A DNA stretch of 64,000 bases, taken from NCBI GenBank assembly GCA_041662585.1, contig JBAZSG010000005.1, positions 68,181 through 132,180 of the forward strand, given 5' to 3'. Origin of the DNA: Patescibacteria group bacterium (GTDB lineage: Bacteria; Patescibacteriota; Patescibacteriia; UBA1558; GWA2-36-10). Under the pieces are notes generated by a model. The model saw only the letters and a program-made list of their open reading frames with translations. It was not told the DNA's origin and searched no databases. Made by a program: the position numbers and the translations under genes. This document shows, one piece after another, positions 56,199 through 64,000 of the stretch (position 1 is the first letter of the stretch; each line of letters starts with the position of its first letter).

Positions 56199-57488
56199 AT
56201 GGAAAATATTTTTATCAAAAATTTAAAAGATTATGTAGATAAAGAGGTGCTTATCAATGGATGGGTAGCCAATTTTCGCTCTTCTGGAAAGATTGCTTTT
56301 TGGCAAATAAGAGATGGTAGTGGTGTTGCGCAAGCGATATTAAATACCAATGATCTTTCAGAAGCTAAATGGACCGAAGCACAAAAAGTCACTTTGGAAA
56401 CTTCAGTAAAATTGATTGCCAAAGTAGCCAAGCATCCCAAAAAAGATGAATATGAGCTTCAGGTGCTTGATTTTGAATATTATCAAATAGCTGATGAGTA
56501 TCCAATTGCCAACAAAGAGCATGGTGTAGATTTTTTGATGGACAACAGACACTTGTGGCTTAGATCAAGCAAGCAAATCGCTATTTTGAAAATCAGAGAC
56601 ACTATTACTCAGGCTATTTATGATTTTATGGCTAAAAATGATTTTATAAAGATAGATGCTCCAATACTTACTCCCAATGCCTGTGAGGGTACTACTGAGT
56701 TGTTTGAGATAGATTATTTTGATGAAAAAGCTTATTTATCACAAAGTGGGCAGCTATATATTGAGTCAGCTATTTTTGCTCATAATCGAGTCTTTGATTT
56801 TGGTCCAGTATTTAGAGCTGAAAAATCAAAAACTCGTCGTCATTTGACTGAATTTTGGATGATGGATGCTGAGATGGCTTTTACCAATCTGGATGATAAT
56901 ATAGCCATCCAGGAGGCTTTGGTGCGTCATCTGGTCAAAAGTGTTTTGGAAAAAAATAAAACAGAATTAGAAATATTAGAGAGAGATACAAAACCTTTGG
57001 AAAATATCAGCAAGCCTTTTCATAGAATAAAACATAGTGAAGCCATCAAGCTGTTGCAAAAAATGGGCAGCGATATCAAAGATGGAGATGATTTGGGAGC
57101 AGATGATGAAACAATACTGACCAAAGAATTTGACAATCCTTTATTTGTAACCAATTATCCAGCCAAGATCAAAGCTTTTTATATGAAACGCAACAGTGAT
57201 GATGATTCTTTGGCAGAGTGTAGTGATTTACTTGCTCCCGAAGGCTATGGAGAAATCATCGGTGGTTCTCAAAGGGAAGATGATTATAATATATTATTAG
57301 AGAGGATAAAAAAAGAAAAACTTTCTTTGGCAGATTTTCAATGGTACTTGGATTTGCGTAAATATGGTTCAGTACCTCATGGGGGATTTGGTTTGGGACT
57401 AGAGAGAACAGTAGCTTGGATTTGTGGTATAAAGCATGTCAGAGAAACTATACCATTTCCAAGAACAATAAATAGATTAAAACCATAA
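56199..57488 (+). CDS. asnS: Asparagine--tRNA ligase
   Basis: Class IIb motifs: FRAEKSKTRRHLTEFWMMDAEMAF (motif 2) and GGFGLGLERTVAW (motif 3); 429 aa. Confidence 0.88.
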   Translation: MENIFIKNLKDYVDKEVLINGWVANFRSSGKIAFWQIRDGSGVAQAILNTNDLSEAKWTEAQKVTLETSVKLIAKVAKHPKKDEYELQVLDFEYYQIADEYPIANKEHGVDFLMDNRHLWLRSSKQIAILKIRDTITQAIYDFMAKNDFIKIDAPILTPNACEGTTELFEIDYFDEKAYLSQSGQLYIESAIFAHNRVFDFGPVFRAEKSKTRRHLTEFWMMDAEMAFTNLDDNIAIQEALVRHLVKSVLEKNKTELEILERDTKPLENISKPFHRIKHSEAIKLLQKMGSDIKDGDDLGADDETILTKEFDNPLFVTNYPAKIKAFYMKRNSDDDSLAECSDLLAPEGYGEIIGGSQREDDYNILLERIKKEKLSLADFQWYLDLRKYGSVPHGGFGLGLERTVAWICGIKHVRETIPFPRTINRLKP

Positions 57489-57507
57489 TTTGGCCGATGG
57501 ACTTTGC

Positions 57508-57583
57508 GCCGACTTAGCTCATCTGGTAGAGCGATGGTATCGTAAACCATAGGTGATCGGTTCAAGTCCGATAGTCGGCTCCA
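57508..57583 (+). tRNA. tRNA-Thr (anticodon CGT)
   Basis: GCCGACT acceptor, D-arm GCTC-ATCTGGTA-GAGC, anticodon arm ATGGT-ATCGTAA-ACCAT, T-arm ATCGG-TTCAAGT-CCGAT, encoded CCA. Confidence 0.8.
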
Positions 57584-57595
57584 ATTATAAAATAT

Positions 57596-59014
57596 ATGAA
57601 AAGAATAAAAACAATAGAAATAGTAAATAAAGTAGGTGAGACAGTACTAGTCAAGGGTTGGGTAAATGTTCGTAGAAATATGGGCAAAATTGCTTTTTTG
57701 GATTTACGTGACCGTTGGGGAATACTACAAGTCGTTGCTGTCCCAGCTGAGCTAGATAAAGAGTCTCAAGAAATATTGGACAATATTCGTCCAGAGTTTG
57801 TTTTGGAGATAGTTGGTATTGTCCAAGAGCGTGGTGCTAAACAAGTCAACAAAGACTTGCCAACCGGCACAGTAGAGCTTTTGGCCAAGAAAATTGTTAT
57901 TTTATCTGAAGCCCAGACACCACCTTTTGAAATAGACAATGAAGATAGACAAGCCAATGAGGAATTGAGGCTAAAATATCGCTATTTAGATCTTCGTCAT
58001 GAGCGCATGAAAAATAATATTGTCGCTCGTGCTAAAGTCATAATGTTTTTGAGAAATTGGCTTTCCAAAAATGATTTTATAGAAGTACAAACTCCAATAT
58101 TATCCAAATCTACTCCCGAAGGAGCTAGAGATTATTTGGTACCTTCTCGTCTTCATCCAGGAGAGTTTTTTGCCTTGCCTCAAGCTCCACAACAATACAA
58201 ACAGCTTTTGATGGTCGCTGGGATTGATAGATATTTTCAAGTAGCTCCTTGTTTTAGAGATGAAGATGCTAGAGCTGATAGAAGTCCAGGAGAGTTTTAT
58301 CAACTGGATATGGAGATGAGTTTTATGACCCAAGATGAGATTCTTGATTTGACGGAGAGGATGTTTACTGAAATGGTAGAGACTTTATTTCCCGAAAAGA
58401 AAATTACTCAGAAACCATGGCCCAAAATAGACCATGATGAAGCAATGAAGAAATATGGTAGTGATAAGCCAGATTTGAGAAAAGATAAAAATGATCCAAA
58501 TGAATTGGCTTTTACTTGGGTGATTAATTTTCCTTTATTTGCCAAGCAAACTGATGAAGATAGGTTTATCGGTGCTGGAGATACTTGGGGACCAAGTCAC
58601 AATATGTTTACAGCTCCTCAGGAAAAGGATATAGCATTGCTTGATACTGATCCCGGGAAAGTCAAATCATATCAACATGATCTTGCTCTCAATGGTTTTG
58701 AAGTAGGTGGTGGAGCAGTCCGTATTCATGATATGAAAATTCAGGAAAAAGTTTGGGATTTGATAGGTTTTTCTGACGAACAAAAAAAACAATTTAAGCA
58801 TTATTTTGAAGCTTTTAAGTATGGTGTACCACCTCATGGTGGTATAGCCCCAGGTCTGGATAGATTGCTGATGGTAATTTTGGGAGAAAAAAATCTCAAA
58901 GAAGTGACTGCTTTTCCTTTGACTTCAGATGGTCGGGATCCAATGATGGAGTCTCCAGCGACAGTCAGTAAGGAACAGCTAGATGAGCTTCATTTGATGA
59001 TCAAGAAAAAATGA
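57596..59014 (+). CDS. aspS: Aspartate--tRNA ligase (compact form lacking the bacterial GAD insertion domain)
   Basis: FRDEDARADRSPGEFYQLDMEMSF motif 2 and GIAPGLDRLLM motif 3. DKPDLRKD runs directly into WVINFPLF, so no ~130-aa GAD insertion; 472 aa. Confidence 0.88.
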   Translation: MKRIKTIEIVNKVGETVLVKGWVNVRRNMGKIAFLDLRDRWGILQVVAVPAELDKESQEILDNIRPEFVLEIVGIVQERGAKQVNKDLPTGTVELLAKKIVILSEAQTPPFEIDNEDRQANEELRLKYRYLDLRHERMKNNIVARAKVIMFLRNWLSKNDFIEVQTPILSKSTPEGARDYLVPSRLHPGEFFALPQAPQQYKQLLMVAGIDRYFQVAPCFRDEDARADRSPGEFYQLDMEMSFMTQDEILDLTERMFTEMVETLFPEKKITQKPWPKIDHDEAMKKYGSDKPDLRKDKNDPNELAFTWVINFPLFAKQTDEDRFIGAGDTWGPSHNMFTAPQEKDIALLDTDPGKVKSYQHDLALNGFEVGGGAVRIHDMKIQEKVWDLIGFSDEQKKQFKHYFEAFKYGVPPHGGIAPGLDRLLMVILGEKNLKEVTAFPLTSDGRDPMMESPATVSKEQLDELHLMIKKK

Positions 59015-59023
59015 TTTAAAAAA

Positions 59024-59047
59024 CCTCAGCTAGTCTGAGGTTTTTTT
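59024..59047 (+). terminator. Rho-independent terminator of aspS
   Basis: CCTCAG-ctagt-CTGAGG followed by a T7 run. Confidence 0.8.
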
Positions 59048-59074
59048 GACAAAAATACAATAATGCTTTATACT
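59046..59074 (+). promoter_or_regulatory. Sigma70-type promoter (TTGACA-17-TATACT)
   Basis: Consensus -35 and near-consensus -10 with a 17-nt spacer, immediately after the aspS terminator. Confidence 0.55.
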
Positions 59075-59080
59075 ATAAAA

Positions 59081-59222
59081 GTATTTTAAGTTCTCTCAGC
59101 CACACAGCTACAGAAAGAGAAATAATCTCATTGTTTTGTTTTTCGAGGTTTAAATCCTTTTTCTCCCTGTTGTTTACTGGTGGTTCATCTTGGCAAAGAG
59201 GTGGCATCTGTCACCTCTTTTT
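59081..59222 (+). ncRNA. Candidate small RNA (~140 nt) bounded by its own promoter and terminator
   Basis: Predicted TSS near 59081. Internal hairpin TTCTCT..AGAGAA. Terminator AGAGGTG-gcatctgt-CACCTCT followed by TTTTT at 59197-59222. No ORF. A separate extended -10 (TGTTATAAT, 59287-95) serves scpA. Confidence 0.4.
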
Positions 59223-59326
59223 ATATTATATTGATTTTTATTATTCAGTAATACTTTTATTTTAATTGAAAAAAATATTCTTAAATGTTATAATAAAGAT
59301 GCGTTTTTATTATTTTTAGACTGTAA

Positions 59327-60031
59327 ATGCATCAAATACAATTGGAACAATTTGAAGGTCCACTGGATCTTTTACTGAAATTGATTGAAAAAAATAAGCT
59401 ACAGATCATAGAAATATCTTTGGCCAAAATAACCGATCAATATCTATCATATATAGAAGAAGGAGAAAATATAGCTTCCACTGAGGTAGCTGATTTTTTA
59501 TTGATAGCTTCCAAATTGATTTATCTAAAATCAAAATATTTGTTGCCGGATTTTGATTTAGAAGATGAAGAAGACGCTGCTTCTTTGGAAAATCAACTAA
59601 AAATATATAGACAATACTATGATGCTAGTAAATTGATAGACAAACAGTTTTCGGATTTATCCAAAATTTCTTATGCTCGTGTTGTACCCTATAAATTACC
59701 CATTGAAAAAGGTTTTGCTCCTCCTAGCAATATTGATAAAGATGATATGAGAGATATTTTTGTCTTGGCTATTTCCAAAATAGCCAGAATAGTAAATTTG
59801 CCAAAAGCTATTATAGCACGAGCAATTTCTATCAGTGAAAAAATAAAAGACTTACAGGAGCTTATCAAAATACATAGCAAAATAAGTTTTAATAAGATGT
59901 TTAAAAAACAAGATAAGACCGAGACGGTAGTCAATTTTTTGGCTATGTTGGAGCTTATTAAGCGTAGAGAAATAGAAGTAGAACAAAGTTCTTTGTTTAG
60001 TGATCTAAATATATTAAGAAATCACAAATAG
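59327..60031 (+). CDS. scpA: Segregation and condensation protein A
   Basis: N-terminus FEGPLDLLLKLIEKNKL is the ScpA signature. Confidence 0.88.
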   Translation: MHQIQLEQFEGPLDLLLKLIEKNKLQIIEISLAKITDQYLSYIEEGENIASTEVADFLLIASKLIYLKSKYLLPDFDLEDEEDAASLENQLKIYRQYYDASKLIDKQFSDLSKISYARVVPYKLPIEKGFAPPSNIDKDDMRDIFVLAISKIARIVNLPKAIIARAISISEKIKDLQELIKIHSKISFNKMFKKQDKTETVVNFLAMLELIKRREIEVEQSSLFSDLNILRNHK

Positions 60032-60032
60032 T

Positions 60033-60593
60033 ATGAAAAAAAACTCTTTATCCATTTTGGAATCATTGTTTTTGGCAGCTGGTAAGGCACTTACTTATAA
60101 AGAAGTGACCAAACTAATAGATTGCAACGAAGAACAACTTAAGCAATTGTTAGCTGAGTTAAAAGAAAAATATAACAAAGAAGATAGTGGTATTCATATT
60201 TTGGATAATAATCAAAAAATCCAATTTGTCTCTAATCCAGAAAATATAAGTGTGCTAAAAGAATATTTCCATGATGAGTTTAGTGGTGAACTTAGCAAAC
60301 CATCTTTGGAAACCTTGACTATTATTGCTTATCGTCAACCAATAAGTAAAGAAGAATTGGAGCAAATCAGGGGAGTAAATTGTGCTATGATTATTCGCAA
60401 TTTGCTTATCAGAGGACTGATTGAAGAAAGTTCAGACAAGGATAGTCTATCTACCAATTATGCGGTTACTATGGATTTTTTGAAATATATGGGTATTGCT
60501 AGTGTCCAAGATTTACCAGATTATGAAAAACTAAATAGTGATGAAAATTTACAAAAGCTTTTAGAAGATAGTGAGGATAATAAAGATTCATAA
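60033..60593 (+). CDS. scpB: Segregation and condensation protein B
   Basis: Tandem winged-helix ScpB (LESLFLAAGKALTYKE.., TLTIIAYRQPISKEELEQIRGV). Confidence 0.85.
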   Translation: MKKNSLSILESLFLAAGKALTYKEVTKLIDCNEEQLKQLLAELKEKYNKEDSGIHILDNNQKIQFVSNPENISVLKEYFHDEFSGELSKPSLETLTIIAYRQPISKEELEQIRGVNCAMIIRNLLIRGLIEESSDKDSLSTNYAVTMDFLKYMGIASVQDLPDYEKLNSDENLQKLLEDSEDNKDS

Positions 60594-60600
60594 AATATTA

Positions 60601-60668
60601 TTACTCGTATCTGCACCGATTGCTCCGTTGCTACGCAAAGTCGCATCTGGCGCAGAATACTCGTAATT
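60601..60668 (-). ncRNA. Structured intergenic repeat element, copy 3 (family II, inverted orientation)
   Basis: Reverse complement reads TCTGCGCC-AGATGCGACTTTGCGTAGCAACGGAGCAATC-GGTGCAGA; stem contains a compensatory C-G relative to copy 1. Confidence 0.55.
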
Positions 60669-60678
60669 TATAACATTA

Positions 60679-61383
60679 ATGAAGATAGAAAAGAAACTTA
60701 AAAATACAATGCGTTTGGCCAAATTTTTGGCTGAAGCAGGTATTGCTTCACGACGTAAATCAGAAGAGTTGATTAGAACTGCTCAGGTCAAAATAGCTGG
60801 TCAAATAGTCGATAATGTAGCTACCAATGTATCGCTTGATCAAGATGACATTACAGTAAATGGCCAAAAGATTTCACTTGATAAAAAAGTTTATTTTTTA
60901 TTAAACAAACCAAAAGGTTATATTTCTTCAGTCAGTGATCCTCACAATACCAAAACAGCAGTATCTTTGTTGCCAAAAAACCCTAGAGTATTTCCTGTAG
61001 GCAGACTAGATATGGATTCATCCGGATTGCTATTGCTTACAAATGATGGAGAATTGACTTATCGTTTAACTCATCCCAAATTTGAAATAAAAAAAACTTA
61101 TGTAGCTACAGTCAATAAAAAATTAGACAAAAATATTGTAGCTATTCTTAAACAAGGCATTAAATTACCAGAAGGGTTAGCCAAGGCTGATAAAGCCAGA
61201 ATATTAAATGATTATCAATTGGAAATAGTAATTCATCAAGGTTGGAATAGACAAATACGACGTATGCTAGGAGCAGAGGGTTTACGCGTGACAGAGCTAA
61301 AAAGAATAGCAGAGGGTAAACTGAAGTTAGATGATTTAGCCAGTGGTGAATATAAAGTATTAAAATTACAAGATATTTTATGA
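60679..61383 (+). CDS. Pseudouridine synthase (RsuA/RluB family) with S4 domain
   Basis: S4 RNA-binding N-terminus (MRLAKFLAEAGIASRRKSEELI) and catalytic GRLDMDSSGLLLLTNDGEL. Confidence 0.88.
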   Translation: MKIEKKLKNTMRLAKFLAEAGIASRRKSEELIRTAQVKIAGQIVDNVATNVSLDQDDITVNGQKISLDKKVYFLLNKPKGYISSVSDPHNTKTAVSLLPKNPRVFPVGRLDMDSSGLLLLTNDGELTYRLTHPKFEIKKTYVATVNKKLDKNIVAILKQGIKLPEGLAKADKARILNDYQLEIVIHQGWNRQIRRMLGAEGLRVTELKRIAEGKLKLDDLASGEYKVLKLQDIL

Positions 61384-62024
61384 AGATAATAGCTAAAAAA
61401 AGAATACTTTGTTTTGGTGATTCAAACACTTGGGGCTGGGTTCCTTTTAGTATGGGAGCCAAAAGATATTCACTTGATAAACGTTGGACAGGCATACTTC
61501 AAAAAAGTTTAGGAGATGATTATGAAATTATTGAAGAGGGATTAGGAGGTAGGACTACAATGTTTGATGATCCTAGACCAGAATTTCCACAGAGAAATGG
61601 ACTTCAAATTTTGCCTATTATTTTGGAAACTCATTTGCCTTTAGATTATGTAATATTAATGTTAGGTACTACTGACACAAAAGAAATGTTTAATTTATCA
61701 AGTCAGAAAACAACCAAAGGGATGCAAAAAATAATTCAGACAATAAAAAATTATAGAGTATTGGAGGGTTTTTCAAGTCCACAGATTCTTCTTATTGTTC
61801 CTCCAATTGTAGTTGAAGAAACTGATTTTGCTTCAAAGTTATTTAAAGGTGCTTCTGAGAAATCAAAAAAATTAGTTAAATTTTATAAAGAATTAAGTAA
61901 ACAAGAAAAAATTCTTTATCTTGATCCAACGCAAGAGGTAAAAGTTGATCAGAAAGAGGGTATTCATATTGATGAAACTAATCATGAAAAATTAGCAAAA
62001 TTAATTTATGAAAAAATAAAATAA
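61380..62024 (+). CDS. SGNH/GDSL-family hydrolase
   Basis: ILCFGDSNTWG block I GDS(L) motif; 214 aa. Confidence 0.7.
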   Translation: MKIIAKKRILCFGDSNTWGWVPFSMGAKRYSLDKRWTGILQKSLGDDYEIIEEGLGGRTTMFDDPRPEFPQRNGLQILPIILETHLPLDYVILMLGTTDTKEMFNLSSQKTTKGMQKIIQTIKNYRVLEGFSSPQILLIVPPIVVEETDFASKLFKGASEKSKKLVKFYKELSKQEKILYLDPTQEVKVDQKEGIHIDETNHEKLAKLIYEKIK

Positions 62025-62950
62025 TGAATCTTTGGTTATTAGTATCTACAATAATAATTAGTTTGGGTTTTAGCGCTAGTTCTAGCTATCAATTACCATT
62101 GATTAGTATTTTTCAGAGTGAAGATGGTGTATCAGCCAATTTGGAAGAGGCAAACATTGATGAAACACACCAGATAATACCTCACAAAATAAACAATAAA
62201 TCTTTGGGAGTAAAAATTTCAGCTGTATCAGCGGCAGTGATGGATAAAAATACTGGACTTATTTTGTGGCAAAAAAATGCCAATGAAAAAAGATCGGTGG
62301 CTAGTATTAGCAAGCTCATGACAGCTTTGGTGTTTTTGGATCATAATCCAGGTTGGAATACTGAAATCACTATGAAAATAGAAGATGAGATAAACGGAGG
62401 TACAAATCATATATTGAGAGACGAGCTTGTCAAAGTAAAAGATGTTTTTTACACTGCACTTATTGCTTCTGACAATACGGCTACTAGAGCCCTAGCACGA
62501 AGCACTGGATTATCAGAAGAGGAATTTATAAAAGCTATGAACAGCAAAGCCAAAGAATTGTCATTAAAAAATACCAGTTTTGTAGATATGACAGGCTTAC
62601 AAGATGCCAATCAATCCACAGCTTTAGATGTTTTGAGTTTGGCTAATACAGCTTTTGCTAATAGTAGCATCAAAGATGCTGTAGGACATTCGGTTTATAA
62701 TTTTCAAGCTGTGAGTGGTCAAAATCACAAAATAGTTAGTACCAACAAGCTTTTTAGTAGCTTTTTGGATATCAGTGCTGGTAAAACTGGTTTTACCAAT
62801 GAAGCTGGTTATTGTTTGGTAGCTGAGGTAAATGGAGAAAATAACAACAATATTATTTCAGTAGTTTTGGGTTCAGATACTCATGATGGACGCTTTCAAG
62901 AACTAAAGATATTGTCAGCTTGGATTTTTGATAATTTTAGCTGGTTTTAA
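62024..62950 (+). CDS. D-alanyl-D-alanine carboxypeptidase (S11 peptidase, low-MW PBP)
   Basis: SISKLMT (SxxK), SDNTA (SxN), KTGFT (KTG); signal peptide. Confidence 0.85.
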   Translation: MNLWLLVSTIIISLGFSASSSYQLPLISIFQSEDGVSANLEEANIDETHQIIPHKINNKSLGVKISAVSAAVMDKNTGLILWQKNANEKRSVASISKLMTALVFLDHNPGWNTEITMKIEDEINGGTNHILRDELVKVKDVFYTALIASDNTATRALARSTGLSEEEFIKAMNSKAKELSLKNTSFVDMTGLQDANQSTALDVLSLANTAFANSSIKDAVGHSVYNFQAVSGQNHKIVSTNKLFSSFLDISAGKTGFTNEAGYCLVAEVNGENNNNIISVVLGSDTHDGRFQELKILSAWIFDNFSWF

Positions 62951-62981
62951 ATAGCATTTTGTTTTATACTTATTAATAATT

Positions 62982-63473
62982 ATGGATATATCTTGGGTAT
63001 ATAATATTGATCCAGCTTTAGCTACATTTTTGATGTCAATGTTGCCAGTACTTGAGCTCAGAGCAGCTATTCCCATTGCTATTGCCAACTTTGATTTACC
63101 AGCGTGGTATATATTTGTGGTAGCAGTGCTTGGTTCTTTTGTTCCGGGAATATTTATTATTTATTATTTAGGACCAATATCCAATTTTTTTAGAAAATGG
63201 TCTGTTTTGGACAAATTTTTTAGCTGGTTATTTGCTAGAACTAGAGCCAAATTTGATAAAAAATATGCTCATTTAGGTAGTATAGCTTTGATGATTTTTG
63301 TAGCCATACCACTACCAGGTACAGGAGTTTGGACTGGATCTTTGGTAGCTTGGTTGTTTGCTTTCAACAAAAAACAAGCCTTGATATATATTGGTATGGG
63401 CTCAGTCATAGCTGGAGCATTGGTTACTATGATATCAGTCGGGGTGTTGACCATTTTTGATTTTCTGCCATAG
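62982..63473 (+). CDS. COG2426-family small membrane protein (putative small multidrug export protein)
   Basis: LPVLELRAAIPIAIA motif; 163 aa, four TM. Confidence 0.6.
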   Translation: MDISWVYNIDPALATFLMSMLPVLELRAAIPIAIANFDLPAWYIFVVAVLGSFVPGIFIIYYLGPISNFFRKWSVLDKFFSWLFARTRAKFDKKYAHLGSIALMIFVAIPLPGTGVWTGSLVAWLFAFNKKQALIYIGMGSVIAGALVTMISVGVLTIFDFLP

Positions 63474-63488
63474 GCAGACAAGTATAAT

Positions 63489-64000
63489 ATGAAAAAATAT
63501 AAACAAACTATAGTTGCCAATTGGAAATTAAAGCTAAATATTGATGAAGCTGTATCTTTGGCCAATGAATTAAAAGAAAAATTGACCAAAGAAAAATTGA
63601 TAGATAAGAAGGTAGTACTTTGCCCTAGTTTTTTGACTATCAGAGAAGTGGCCAAAGTTTTGAAAAATACCAATATAGCTTTGGGTGCCCAAGATGCTTT
63701 TTCAGAAGACCAAAATATAGCTACAAGCGATCTCAAAACATTGGGTTGTGAATATATCATTGTTGGGCATTCAGATAGAAGAGCAATGGGTGATACTGAT
63801 AAATTGGTAAATAAAAAAGCTAGAGCAGTTTTGGCCAACAATATGATCCCTATTATTTGTGTAGGTGAGACTTTGGAAGAATACAACAGTGGCAAGACCA
63901 AAGAAGTCTTGGCTAGACAAGTTTCTCAAGCTTTGGATGGTTTTGATAATAAATATTTTATACTAGCCTATGAGCCAGTTTGGTCTATTAGTACTAGTGG
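63489..64000 (+). CDS. tpiA: Triosephosphate isomerase (3'-truncated by window end)
   Basis: IVANWKLK, IVGHSDRR, ICVGE, AYEPVWSISTSG motifs; continues past base 64000. Confidence 0.85.
   Translation, partial: MKKYKQTIVANWKLKLNIDEAVSLANELKEKLTKEKLIDKKVVLCPSFLTIREVAKVLKNTNIALGAQDAFSEDQNIATSDLKTLGCEYIIVGHSDRRAMGDTDKLVNKKARAVLANNMIPIICVGETLEEYNSGKTKEVLARQVSQALDGFDNKYFILAYEPVWSISTS

Noticed and set aside
59081-59222. Identification of the candidate sRNA as 6S RNA, SRP RNA, tmRNA or RNase P RNA.
   Set aside because: Conserved hallmarks are absent: the SRP domain IV GGAA/AGCA loop, the RNase P GNAA/AGGAAAGUCC motifs, a tmRNA tRNA-like 3' end, and 6S end-to-end pairing.
63269-63901. 210-aa minus-strand ORF overlapping the COG2426 gene and tpiA.
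   Set aside because: It is antisense to two conserved plus-strand genes; tpiA motifs on the plus strand are unambiguous.
1-64000. Alternative genetic code (code 25, UGA=Gly, as in Gracilibacteria/Absconditabacteria).
   Set aside because: Long conserved ORFs (1058-aa RND, 947-aa kinase, 921-aa ATPase) are uninterrupted, and their ends coincide with TGA/TAA/TAG as stops under the standard code.
1-64000. CRISPR arrays, transposases/IS elements, integrases, prophage genes, rRNA operons.
   Set aside because: No regularly spaced short direct repeats, no DDE or tyrosine-recombinase-like ORFs, and no rRNA-like sequence were recognised on reading both strands.

Overview
The window is an AT-rich (~30% GC), gene-dense bacterial chromosome segment. 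Long ORFs are intact under the standard code. Genes are mostly co-directional with short or overlapping junctions, and most starts lack a Shine-Dalgarno motif. This overall look fits a small-genome, Patescibacteria/CPR-like organism, but that assignment is inference and not established. Housekeeping content includes: a glycolytic cluster (pgk-eno-gpmI-gpmI, with a 5' tpiA fragment at the window end); a dcw cluster (mraZ-rsmH-ftsL-ftsI-murF); rplJ-rplL; rplU; recR-ybaB-dnaB; argS; asnS-tRNA-aspS; scpAB; uppP; manC; mltG; nadE; cysK; and four tRNAs (Glu-CTC, Lys-TTT, Asn-GTT, Thr-CGT). Accessory content includes: a sensor histidine kinase with a 7TM N-terminal domain plus three standalone 7TM paralogs and one pseudogene relic; a fatty acyl-CoA ligase followed by an acyl-ACP-reductase (AAR)-like gene; a NuoF-like gene followed by an [FeFe]-hydrogenase; an RND efflux pump; a P-type ATPase; an MBOAT/SGNH O-acyltransferase pair; and a surface protein with a T9SS-type C-terminal sorting domain. 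Hunt highlights, in order of interest: (1) a Cys-codon-rich 25-aa leader peptide with a mutually exclusive antiterminator/terminator RNA structure immediately upstream of cysK; (2) two independent families of structured intergenic repeats whose stems are supported by compensatory base changes between copies (a 2-copy family at 26.6 kb and 48.9 kb; a 3-copy family at 31.8 kb, 38.6 kb and 60.6 kb); (3) a self-contained transcription unit (promoter, strong SD, 29-aa hydrophobic peptide, terminator) on the minus strand at 35.3 kb; (4) a promoter-plus-terminator-bounded ~140-nt candidate sRNA at 59.1 kb; (5) two small genes each bracketed by direct repeats copied from the neighbouring gene's start or end; (6) perfect inverted DnaA-box 9-mers flanking the mraZ promoter. 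No CRISPR array, transposase, integrase or rRNA gene was recognised.
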